DNA of 36,489 nt. Source: Minisyncoccota bacterium (GTDB taxonomy: Bacteria; Patescibacteriota; Minisyncoccia; Phycocordibacterales; Phycocordibacteraceae). The stretch spans positions 1-36,489 of the forward strand of contig DATLDL010000039.1 of assembly GCA_035525885.1 (NCBI GenBank), in the 5' to 3' direction. Under the pieces are notes generated by a model that saw nothing but the letters and a program-made list of their open reading frames with translations, ran no database searches and was not told where the DNA came from. Of the stretch, positions 17,276 to 24,850 are shown in pieces. Within the stretch, counting starts at the first letter, position 1, and each line of letters begins with the position of its first letter. The position numbers were made by a program, and so were the translations under genes.

Positions 17276-17694
17276 ACTTTTTTCTCTGCGACGATGCGTT
17301 TGAAGTCCTCATAGGAGCGAATGTAATCCTTTTCGTCGTAGGTGCGATCCGCGATCACCATGAGCGTCGTATCAGGAAGGAACGTGTGCATGACATGCCA
17401 CACATATGGGTACAGTAACAATCCCTGATTGGGCGTGGTCAATACCACATCTTCCTTGTGTTCGCCGTCGTCAAGTTCAACGGTGCATCCGCCGGAGATG
17501 GCGACGAGGATCTGGTTCGTCTCGTAGTGTGTATGGGCGCCGCGGCGGTCGTTCCCGTTCATGCCTTTGGTGATGAGGACGCGTTTGGGAGTGAAAGGGA
17601 GCGCATCCGGTACTTCCTGGAACATGTAGAGCACACCGTTTTTAGTATCCGAAGACGGGAACGTAATGAGTTCGTACGGAGGTTTATGATCCAT
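17272..17694 (-). CDS. WxcM/FdtA-like cupin, dTDP-4-keto-6-deoxyhexose 3,4-ketoisomerase candidate
   Basis: 140 aa, the size of FdtA/QdtA. The RGxHxH motif is present in RRGAHTHYETNQILVAISG. The gene sits between the dehydratase and the aminotransferase. Confidence 0.8.
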   Translation of the reverse strand: MDHKPPYELITFPSSDTKNGVLYMFQEVPDALPFTPKRVLITKGMNGNDRRGAHTHYETNQILVAISGGCTVELDDGEHKEDVVLTTPNQGLLLYPYVWHVMHTFLPDTTLMVIADRTYDEKDYIRSYEDFKRIVAEKKV

Positions 17695-18679
17695 AAAAGA
17701 TTTTTTCTAGTCCGAGTTTTCGGGCAATCGAGCGCTTTTTCCCGACGCCCATCTTGCGCGTCCGCTCTTCGTTTTGTGCTTTGCAGATGGGGAGGTATTG
17801 CTCAAGCGTCATGGTTGGCTTCCACCCCAGCGCTTGTATCTTCGTCGTATCGACGGAGTAGCGGATGTCTTGCCCGGGACGATCGCCTACGTACTCGAAG
17901 AAGTCGGACGGACGGCCCATAATTTCAAGAATGCGCTGCACGACGTCTAGATTCGTTCGTTCCTCACAACTTGAAATATTGTAAATTTCTCCATCAAGTC
18001 CATTTTCCATAACCAGGAGAATTGCCTCGCAGTTGTCATTCACGAACGTCCACTCGCGTTTGTAGAGGCCGGTCCCATATACCGCTGCCTTCTGGCCCTT
18101 CTGCGCACGCTTCATGGTGTTCGGAATGAGTTTCTCTGCGCGCTGACCGAAACCATAGTTATTGCTTGGACGACAGAGGCGTGCGCGGAGGTTATAGGTA
18201 CGTGCCCATGCAAACACGAGCTGATCTGCAGCGGCCTTCGTAGCAGAGTACGGATTCGACGGCTTCAGACGATCGCTTTCTGTAAACGAACCTTCAGCAA
18301 TGTCGCCATACACTTCATCCGTTGAGATTTGTATAAAGACGGGGCGCTGTGCCGGTTCTATTTTTCGCACAAGCTCAAGCAAAGTATAGACTCCTTCAAC
18401 ATTTGAACGGAAAAAAGGGCTACTGTTTTTTATGGAATTATCGACGTGCGACTCGGCAGCAAAGTTCACCACATGCGTAATGTGCCGGGGAAGCGCTTTC
18501 AAATCACAAATATCGCTCACGACTAATTCGTAGTTTGGGTGTTTCTCGAACTCAAGATCTTCTCGGATGGCGTACGTTTTCTTGTCGACGTTAATCACGT
18601 AGTACCCCTTATCAAGAAGGAGTTGTACAAAATGACTGCCGATAAACCCGAGACCTCCCGTAACGAGAATGCGCTGCAT
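17684..18679 (-). CDS. rfbB: dTDP-glucose 4,6-dehydratase
   Basis: The Rossmann motif is ILVTGGLGFIGSHF. ISTDEVYG and the YxxxK motif YSATKAAADQLV are present. I placed the start at ATG 18679 (MQRILVTGG). The track start 18688 lies inside a perfect TATAAT box. Confidence 0.9.
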   Translation of the reverse strand: MQRILVTGGLGFIGSHFVQLLLDKGYYVINVDKKTYAIREDLEFEKHPNYELVVSDICDLKALPRHITHVVNFAAESHVDNSIKNSSPFFRSNVEGVYTLLELVRKIEPAQRPVFIQISTDEVYGDIAEGSFTESDRLKPSNPYSATKAAADQLVFAWARTYNLRARLCRPSNNYGFGQRAEKLIPNTMKRAQKGQKAAVYGTGLYKREWTFVNDNCEAILLVMENGLDGEIYNISSCEERTNLDVVQRILEIMGRPSDFFEYVGDRPGQDIRYSVDTTKIQALGWKPTMTLEQYLPICKAQNEERTRKMGVGKKRSIARKLGLEKIFYGS

Positions 18680-18686
18680 CGCCGGC

Positions 18687-18692
18687 ATTATA
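18687..18692 (-). promoter_or_regulatory. candidate -10 box TATAAT, 7 nt upstream of rfbB ATG 18679 (leaderless-type)
   Basis: The minus strand reads TATAAT-GCCGGCG-ATGCAGCGC. No convincing -35 box is present. Confidence 0.45.
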
Positions 18693-18718
18693 CTATAAAA
18701 AACCGAACTTTTTAGAAT

Positions 18719-19708
18719 TTAGTTTCGTTTCAAAATGGCCTTAACAAGGGATTTTAGATAGTAGAAAGAAGTGAATACTAATTCGCTATACCAGCTTGGT
18801 CGGGGAAGGGTCCCACTCGTAAAGTCTGGTCGGATTTTGCGGATGTCGGTCATTGCCTGATACATCGCATGCGCATAGGGGCGGTATAATAGCTTCTTCT
18901 CGATTGAGGGCACGATGTAGAGACTGGGCGGTCCCCATGGTAGCCACGACGAAGGCGGCCAATACAGCTTAAAGCGAGAAAAGTGGAAGAAGATCAATGG
19001 GTCACCATCTATAAACACCGAGTCTCCTTTTTTTGTAATTCTGCCCGCATAGGCCTCGATATTCCACGACGCCAAGTTCACTCCTTTCCACGGAAGCACC
19101 CACACCCCTTTGAATTTTTCTTCAAAGTAATCCAAATATTTCTGATCGCCAAAACGAGTCGGTTCGACTTGGTCATAGCACCATTCGAGGCAGCGCTCTT
19201 TCCACCAGTTCAAACATGCACGCGCATTCGCATCGTTGTTGAAAATGAGCATACCGACATTGTATTTACCGACCTCTGCTTCACGCTTTGCGGCGTCCCC
19301 ATGGAGGCGGTGGGGAATGATCATGACGGAGTGTCCGGCACATGCTTCGTATATCGGCTCAATGGAAGCGTAATAGAACAAGTCACCGTCAACGTAGGTG
19401 ACCGTCTCGGCATCTGGATTTCTTTGAAGCACGTACCACGTGCTCCAGGCACTTAACGTCCAACAGTATTCAACAAAGGTACGGGTCTTTTTAACTGCCT
19501 TGAGCTCGTCGTCTTCAAATTCTGCCATTGAAACCGCTTTCAGGTGCGGAAGATTCATTGTGGTCAGAATTTCATGCGTCTCGTCATCCATGCAGAGCAC
19601 CCAAAAGGTAAATGGTGTGCTGCAATTTGCCGCAATAGATCGATACAGGCAGAGTCCTCTATTCAGGAATCCTTTATCAAACAAGGTGACGAAATGTCGT
19701 TTAGGCAT
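18719..19708 (-). CDS. nucleotide-diphospho-sugar transferase, GT-A fold candidate (GT8-like)
   Basis: 329 aa. The N-terminus HFVTLFDKGFLNRGLCLYRSI and a DxD-like VTYVDGDLFYY suggest a GT-A enzyme. It is Trp-rich and visibly more AT-rich than its neighbours. The family call is tentative. Confidence 0.5.
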   Translation of the reverse strand: MPKRHFVTLFDKGFLNRGLCLYRSIAANCSTPFTFWVLCMDDETHEILTTMNLPHLKAVSMAEFEDDELKAVKKTRTFVEYCWTLSAWSTWYVLQRNPDAETVTYVDGDLFYYASIEPIYEACAGHSVMIIPHRLHGDAAKREAEVGKYNVGMLIFNNDANARACLNWWKERCLEWCYDQVEPTRFGDQKYLDYFEEKFKGVWVLPWKGVNLASWNIEAYAGRITKKGDSVFIDGDPLIFFHFSRFKLYWPPSSWLPWGPPSLYIVPSIEKKLLYRPYAHAMYQAMTDIRKIRPDFTSGTLPRPSWYSELVFTSFYYLKSLVKAILKRN

Positions 19709-21020
19709 GGGCTGGAGGTGTCGATTCTACTGAGGAATATGACCGTGCAAGAAGATGGTACAGGAGAATGAAGAAGATCGTTGTTGAAGCAAGCCCGATC
19801 GCCATACGAGCCCACGAGTCATACGGTACGTGCGTAAATCGTGGCAACAGGTAGAGAAAGAAGAGGTTGAGTGCATTTAAAACACCAAGAGCATAGCCCG
19901 CATAGAGCACGAGTCGGTCGCGAAGCCATGCACCAAGCACTATGGTCGCCATGAATCCAAAGTAGAAATGGTTCTCGTGCGCGCTTGTGGTGAGATAGGG
20001 AACCGCGATAGGAACAAAAAGTAGAGTCAGTGCCACGAGTTCTTCAAGGGAATGTGTGTTTTCTGCGATTTTTGTAATAAACAGTCCAATAACAACAAGT
20101 AAGATGAAAAGACTAAGCGAGCGATACGAAACGCCAAACAGCGTGCTGGTATCTGTGACCCGATAAATAGGTTGACCAGGACTTCGCACATAATTTGCGA
20201 CAAAAAACCACGCATTCGGCATGTTCGCGTTTAGTGCGGGCATAACGTCAGGAACATGCGCATAATGGGCAATTAAGAATGAGCTGTTGGCGATGAATTC
20301 GCTCATGCGTGCTGATACCCCATGCTGCTCAAGGGCAGTAGCTATGTTCGTCAGCGTATGATGATTCTCGATCTTCAGACTTAGTCCGAAATAGATCGAA
20401 AACAGAACGACAAGGGTGAGTGGTGCCAGAGCGAGAGCCGCAAGACGTCCTGCGCCCGCTTGTCGCTTAAAGAGAAGAACGACAAACAGGAGACCCAATC
20501 CTATGAAAAGAGGAATCGCTTGCGGCTTCATCAGCAGTGCTACCCCAAGCGGAATGCCTGCCGTAAGCCAAGAACGCACACCCGATGCTTTGGTGATAAG
20601 CCAGAGTGCAAGCAGTATGAAAAATGAGAACTGCGGATCAACGTAGCCCTGTTGAGACAGGAAAAAGTGGAAGGGGTTTAACCAGTAGAGTCCTACCACA
20701 ATCCACGGCGCAAGACGTTTACGTGTGAGTGCGACAAGGAGCGTCAGTGTTCCGATTTCGAACAAGAGCGTAACGATCTTAATGCCGTATTCGAACGTGA
20801 CGAGTCCCTGCGCATGCAGAGAGGACACACCCGCAAAGATAAGGTACTGGATAGGGAAGTACACGCCATCAAATGACTCGGCAAGTCCGCTCGTATACGT
20901 GCGGTCCCCCCAACGCTCGTAGCTTACAAGGTCCGATGATCCTGGAGTCGGCAGGAGACAGAGACGTACGATAAGGCCTATAAAAAAGAGGATAAACGCA
21001 AGACGCTTGGCGGTGAGCAT
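19701..21020 (-). CDS. polytopic membrane protein, GT-C-like candidate (DUF2029/GT87-type)
   Basis: 439 aa with about 11-12 hydrophobic helices. The first loop contains an acidic residue (PGSSDLVSYERWGD). It overlaps the downstream GT-A gene by 8 nt. Confidence 0.5.
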   Translation of the reverse strand: MLTAKRLAFILFFIGLIVRLCLLPTPGSSDLVSYERWGDRTYTSGLAESFDGVYFPIQYLIFAGVSSLHAQGLVTFEYGIKIVTLLFEIGTLTLLVALTRKRLAPWIVVGLYWLNPFHFFLSQQGYVDPQFSFFILLALWLITKASGVRSWLTAGIPLGVALLMKPQAIPLFIGLGLLFVVLLFKRQAGAGRLAALALAPLTLVVLFSIYFGLSLKIENHHTLTNIATALEQHGVSARMSEFIANSSFLIAHYAHVPDVMPALNANMPNAWFFVANYVRSPGQPIYRVTDTSTLFGVSYRSLSLFILLVVIGLFITKIAENTHSLEELVALTLLFVPIAVPYLTTSAHENHFYFGFMATIVLGAWLRDRLVLYAGYALGVLNALNLFFLYLLPRFTHVPYDSWARMAIGLASTTIFFILLYHLLARSYSSVESTPPAHA

Positions 21021-21026
21021 ATGCGC

Positions 21027-21035
21027 AGTATCACA
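21027..21035 (-). promoter_or_regulatory. candidate extended -10 (TGtGATACT), 6 nt upstream of ATG 21020 (leaderless-type)
   Basis: The minus strand reads TGTGATACT-GCGCAT-ATG. Confidence 0.4.
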
Positions 21036-21105
21036 TATTTTCCGGGTCTACCGAACCGCAAAAAGAGCACAATATGGGATATACTTGCGGCAACCAAACG
21101 GCCCT

Positions 21106-21828
21106 ATGTATCGCACTAAAAAGGTAAGTGTCGTCATTCCCACCTATAACGAGGCAGGAAGCATTCGCGCGGTGATTGACGGCTTCTTTGCGACCGGTTT
21201 TGTGGATGAAATAATCGTGGTCGATAATAACGCCAAAGACCCTACCAAGGCAGAAGTAGCAAAAACCAATGCGCGTCTTGTCGAAGAGAAAGAGCGTCAA
21301 GGGTACGGCCATGCCATCATGCGCGGCCTGACAGAGGCCACGGGCGACCTCATCGTTATGGTCGAAGCAGATGGAACGTTTGATCCAAACGACATTCATA
21401 AGTTTCTGCTGTACAGCGATCATTTTCCCGTGGTCTTTGGCACGCGCACCTCTCGTGCTGCCATCTGGTCGGGCGCCTTCATGCCGTTTCCCGTGCGCTT
21501 CGGGAACTGGGCGGTAGCGAAGGTGCTCGAGGTTTTGCATAACGGCCCGACGCTGACGGATGTCGGGTGCACATATAAATTGATTGATCGCGCATCGCTC
21601 GAACGCATCAAGAATTATTTCCCGCGCTCGCCAGGCGATGGGAAATTCTCTCCCGAACTCATGATCTGGTTGATTCGTACGCAAGCCGATAAGAATGTGC
21701 TTGAGATTCCGATCATGTACAAGCCGCGCGTGGGCACCTCGACCTATACCGGCAGCATTTGGAAGGCGGCCAAGCTTGGGTGTACCATGCTGCCACTCAT
21801 CTTCGCGTATCGCTTCAGGAAACTATGA
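21106..21828 (+). CDS. GT2 glycosyltransferase, Dpm1/GtrB-like
   Basis: Motifs are VSVVIPTYNEAGSI, IVVDNNAKDPT and VMVEADGTFD. I placed the start at ATG 21106. The track start 21007 overlaps the divergent gene. A TATACT box lies at 21080-21085. Confidence 0.85.
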   Translation: MYRTKKVSVVIPTYNEAGSIRAVIDGFFATGFVDEIIVVDNNAKDPTKAEVAKTNARLVEEKERQGYGHAIMRGLTEATGDLIVMVEADGTFDPNDIHKFLLYSDHFPVVFGTRTSRAAIWSGAFMPFPVRFGNWAVAKVLEVLHNGPTLTDVGCTYKLIDRASLERIKNYFPRSPGDGKFSPELMIWLIRTQADKNVLEIPIMYKPRVGTSTYTGSIWKAAKLGCTMLPLIFAYRFRKL

Positions 21829-22469
21829 AAGACGCGTACTACGCTTCCCGCTACACTCCCGATCCCGCACGTACTGTGGTGTGGAAAGAAATTGTCCGAT
21901 TCCTCGCACCTTATATTTCCCCCGAAGCGACCGTGGTTGATTTGGGGGCCGGGTACTGCGATTTCGTTAATACGGTACGCGCGAAGGTGAAATATGCGGT
22001 CGATACCTCCCCTGAACTGAGTGAGCACGCAGGCGCAGGAGTTATGCTGATTTCGCAGCCCGCCTGGGAACTCAACTCCATCCCAGATCATTCGGTCGAT
22101 GTAGTACACGCGAGCAATCTCTTCGAACATTTTACCGACGACGAGCTCGAGCGGGTTATGGCCGAAGTACGCCGCGTACTAAAACCGGGCGGACGCCTGA
22201 TTTTGATGCAGCCCAACTACCGACTCACCTACAAGAATTATTTTGATGATCCGACTCACAAGAAGATATTTACCGATGCGTCCTTGCAAGCGTTTCTCGA
22301 AAGTCATGGGTTTGCCATACGACTCGCGAAACCAAAATTCCTTCCGTTCTCGATGAAATCACGAGGAGCGCTTCCCGTGTCTCCGCTTATCGTACGTGCC
22401 TATATACACTCACCTATAAAGCCGTTTGCAGGACAGATGCTCGTGATTGGGGAACTTACACGTGCTTAA
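21825..22469 (+). CDS. class I SAM-dependent methyltransferase
   Basis: ATGA overlap with the GT2 stop. Motif I is VVDLGAGYCDF, followed by VVHASNLFEHF and LKPGGRLILMQPN. Confidence 0.85.
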   Translation: MKDAYYASRYTPDPARTVVWKEIVRFLAPYISPEATVVDLGAGYCDFVNTVRAKVKYAVDTSPELSEHAGAGVMLISQPAWELNSIPDHSVDVVHASNLFEHFTDDELERVMAEVRRVLKPGGRLILMQPNYRLTYKNYFDDPTHKKIFTDASLQAFLESHGFAIRLAKPKFLPFSMKSRGALPVSPLIVRAYIHSPIKPFAGQMLVIGELTRA

Positions 22470-23262
22470 ACAAGTATCCTTTTTCAAGCGCAATCGTGTC
22501 ACTGAGCCGAATGGTCGAGCGGAGTGATTCAAAGTCGGTAATGAGTGTGTATTTTTTGTTCAAGATACTCAAGACCTTTTGTTCGTTTAAGAACCAAGCC
22601 GGATAACTCGCGTCGTAAATGCCCGGCCGTACTTTTTGGACGGTTAACCGATCGGTATTCGGGAGCACGGCAGTACGATCAAAGAGAACGAACGGGAAAT
22701 CTCTGGCGGCAACTTCCTCAAGAAGCGCATACGGATTTTCAATATATTGTATCGAGCTTGAAGCGAAAAATACATCGATCGGATGCGTCTGTACGCACGC
22801 ATCAATGGTGCTGAAAAAGGAAAGGTGGTCGTCTGTAAACGTAGCATTGCCAGCGTCTACGAATGTTTCTTGTTCGACGACGTTCCACGCGAGTTCAGTC
22901 AGCGGCTTCAGGAATGCACGATTCTGAAAATACGAGCTGCCAAGCGATCCTCCGAAATCAAGTACCCGGAGCCGTGACGTACGCTGCGCGGCGATCCAGA
23001 GCAGGGACGCAAGGACGGGCCATGAGTACTGAATCGTATCGAATACAACGGAGTCGCGCTCATACGCCGCCTCACCCCGCTTCACCGTAAGGAGCGCTTG
23101 CTTCACCTTCTCGAGAATATGCGGGCTGTCATAGCCGGAAGAATCTGCCAAGGCGCTCTTCCAGTCCGGATACGTTCCGAAAAAACCATAAGCAGCCGGT
23201 TTTTTGAAAAGGGAGAGCAGGGCAGGAGGCACCCATGCTTTAAGTGTGGTTTTTAGCGACAT
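22456..23262 (-). CDS. putative methyltransferase, TIGR04325 (LIC12133)-like family
   Basis: 268 aa. The N-terminal pattern is GTYPDWKSALADSSGYDSPHILEKV...GEAAYERDSVVF, followed by RVLDFGGSLGSSY. This matches my recollection of that family and has not been checked by a search. Confidence 0.65.
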   Translation of the reverse strand: MSLKTTLKAWVPPALLSLFKKPAAYGFFGTYPDWKSALADSSGYDSPHILEKVKQALLTVKRGEAAYERDSVVFDTIQYSWPVLASLLWIAAQRTSRLRVLDFGGSLGSSYFQNRAFLKPLTELAWNVVEQETFVDAGNATFTDDHLSFFSTIDACVQTHPIDVFFASSSIQYIENPYALLEEVAARDFPFVLFDRTAVLPNTDRLTVQKVRPGIYDASYPAWFLNEQKVLSILNKKYTLITDFESLRSTIRLSDTIALEKGYLFKHV

Positions 23263-24146
23263 AGTTTGTTCCAGATCCGCTTGAGGAGCGAAGGTCGAAG
23301 CGATCGAAAGTACACAGTGAAAATTCCACGTGCCTCACTGCTTTCAGCAAGGGGAATGCGCTTCACCAGGACACGCTCAGTATATACCGCGCTATCGAAT
23401 CGATTTGACCGGGATGCGTGCGTGCCGCTCGCGTCGTTACCAATATTGTGCACAAGTGACGCGTGCGGATAGAGCGTTAATGCGCCAGCAAGATAGGCAG
23501 ACGCATTCCACCTGATTGCCCACGAATCGTTTTTGCCTTCGATCTGTCGCTTGAGCATGTCTGAAAAATGATCCGTGTCGTCAAAGTCAAAAGAGCGTAT
23601 GAGCTTTTGCATTTCAAGCTGCCGCAGCAGCTTCGTACCGTCGGGCTCGAACAAATCCCACGCCCGTTTCCAGGTCGCCCATCCCCAGCAGTCCGCGCCA
23701 CGTAGAAAAAACGTCTCAGGGAGCGGCGTTCCAATCGGATAGACGTATCCATGAATGCTGGCGACAATCGCATCATCTGCATAGGTAGTGAGGCCGTCAT
23801 TCATATAGTCGAGAAAGTGAGGGCCAGTAACCAGATCGTCTTCAAGTACGATCACGCGACCGAATTGGTTCACGAGTTCCGTTACTCCGGCAATAATCGA
23901 TTGCGCCAGACCCCAATTCTCGAATCGCTCGGTTACATGTACCGCCTTGAAACCCTCGATGGTTTGAAGCAGGCGACGCACTTCAGCAACTGCGGCGCGA
24001 TTCGTTTCGCTTTTTGGTCCGTCTGAGAAAACGAAGAGCTCGGTTTCGGATGCGTGCTTGTTTGCTTTGAGCGCCTCAAGCGTCTTCCGAGTGTGCTCGG
24101 GGCGGTTGTATACGAAAAGCGCGATCGGTGCAGGTTGCATAGTCAA
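23253..24146 (-). CDS. GT-A fold glycosyltransferase candidate (GNT-I/GT2-like)
   Basis: 297 aa. ALFVYNRPEHTRKTLEAL, ELFVFSDGPK and the acidic VLEDDLV resemble GT-A enzymes of polysaccharide loci. Confidence 0.55.
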   Translation of the reverse strand: MTMQPAPIALFVYNRPEHTRKTLEALKANKHASETELFVFSDGPKSETNRAAVAEVRRLLQTIEGFKAVHVTERFENWGLAQSIIAGVTELVNQFGRVIVLEDDLVTGPHFLDYMNDGLTTYADDAIVASIHGYVYPIGTPLPETFFLRGADCWGWATWKRAWDLFEPDGTKLLRQLEMQKLIRSFDFDDTDHFSDMLKRQIEGKNDSWAIRWNASAYLAGALTLYPHASLVHNIGNDASGTHASRSNRFDSAVYTERVLVKRIPLAESSEARGIFTVYFRSLRPSLLKRIWNKLCR

Positions 24147-24845
24147 TTACATGGGTCGCGTGAAGATAGTCGTTTTCCAGAAATACCAGTTGTATGGACC
24201 GGGTCCCCAGAATTCTTGTCGCGTATAGGGTGCATAGAGTGTGAAAATCTCTTCATATTCGGGCCGCTCAGCATTATCCAATATAATAGAACCTCCTGGC
24301 CGCACCTTCCTGAATGCGTGGCGCGCACAGCTTCTGCGCGCTCTTCCGTCTATGACGATGATATCGAACGAGTCATCCGGATACGCATCGATCGCGCCGA
24401 TATAGTCGGCAAACGAAAGATCCTGATACTGTTTTGGATTTGAAAAATGATTGACCACTGTGCCGTCTGCTCGTGTGGCGGGTTTCAGTAAGACCTGCGC
24501 ATGAGAAAGTCCCTCGCGCTTGAGTTGCGCTTGTACCACCAGAGACCAGTCGCGCTCGTGCTCAATCGCAGTATGCGACGCGACGCGATCGGCAAAGTAC
24601 AGGGTGGACCCGCCGCACCCCCATTCAAATGTCTGCATGTTTTGCGTAAGCGTACGGCGGAGCCATTCTTGTGCAGGATAGACAATCCATGGTACGCGCG
24701 TAGAGAGCGGATCCCGCGTATAGAGAGACATAAGCCACGGAACAAGAAAGCGAATTGCCGAGGGCTGACGGAGCACGAGAGCGATCCATGCGCCGAGTGA
24801 GCGCATCATGGTGAACAGGTACCGTGATTCTGAAGTAATCGACAT
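24147..24845 (-). CDS. class I methyltransferase-like protein (tentative)
   Basis: 232 aa. FEWGCGGSTLYFADRV provides a glycine-rich loop. It is followed by AIEHERDW, IIVIDGRAR and RPGGSIILDN. The stop abuts the start of the next gene. Confidence 0.45.
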   Translation of the reverse strand: MSITSESRYLFTMMRSLGAWIALVLRQPSAIRFLVPWLMSLYTRDPLSTRVPWIVYPAQEWLRRTLTQNMQTFEWGCGGSTLYFADRVASHTAIEHERDWSLVVQAQLKREGLSHAQVLLKPATRADGTVVNHFSNPKQYQDLSFADYIGAIDAYPDDSFDIIVIDGRARRSCARHAFRKVRPGGSIILDNAERPEYEEIFTLYAPYTRQEFWGPGPYNWYFWKTTIFTRPM

Positions 24846-24850
24846 ACCGA

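Noticed and set aside
16430-17314. 294-aa plus-strand ORF
   Set aside because: It is fully antisense to the DegT-family aminotransferase, whose motifs are unambiguous. Its translation is Arg/Cys/His-rich and has no recognisable motif. This is a typical shadow ORF.
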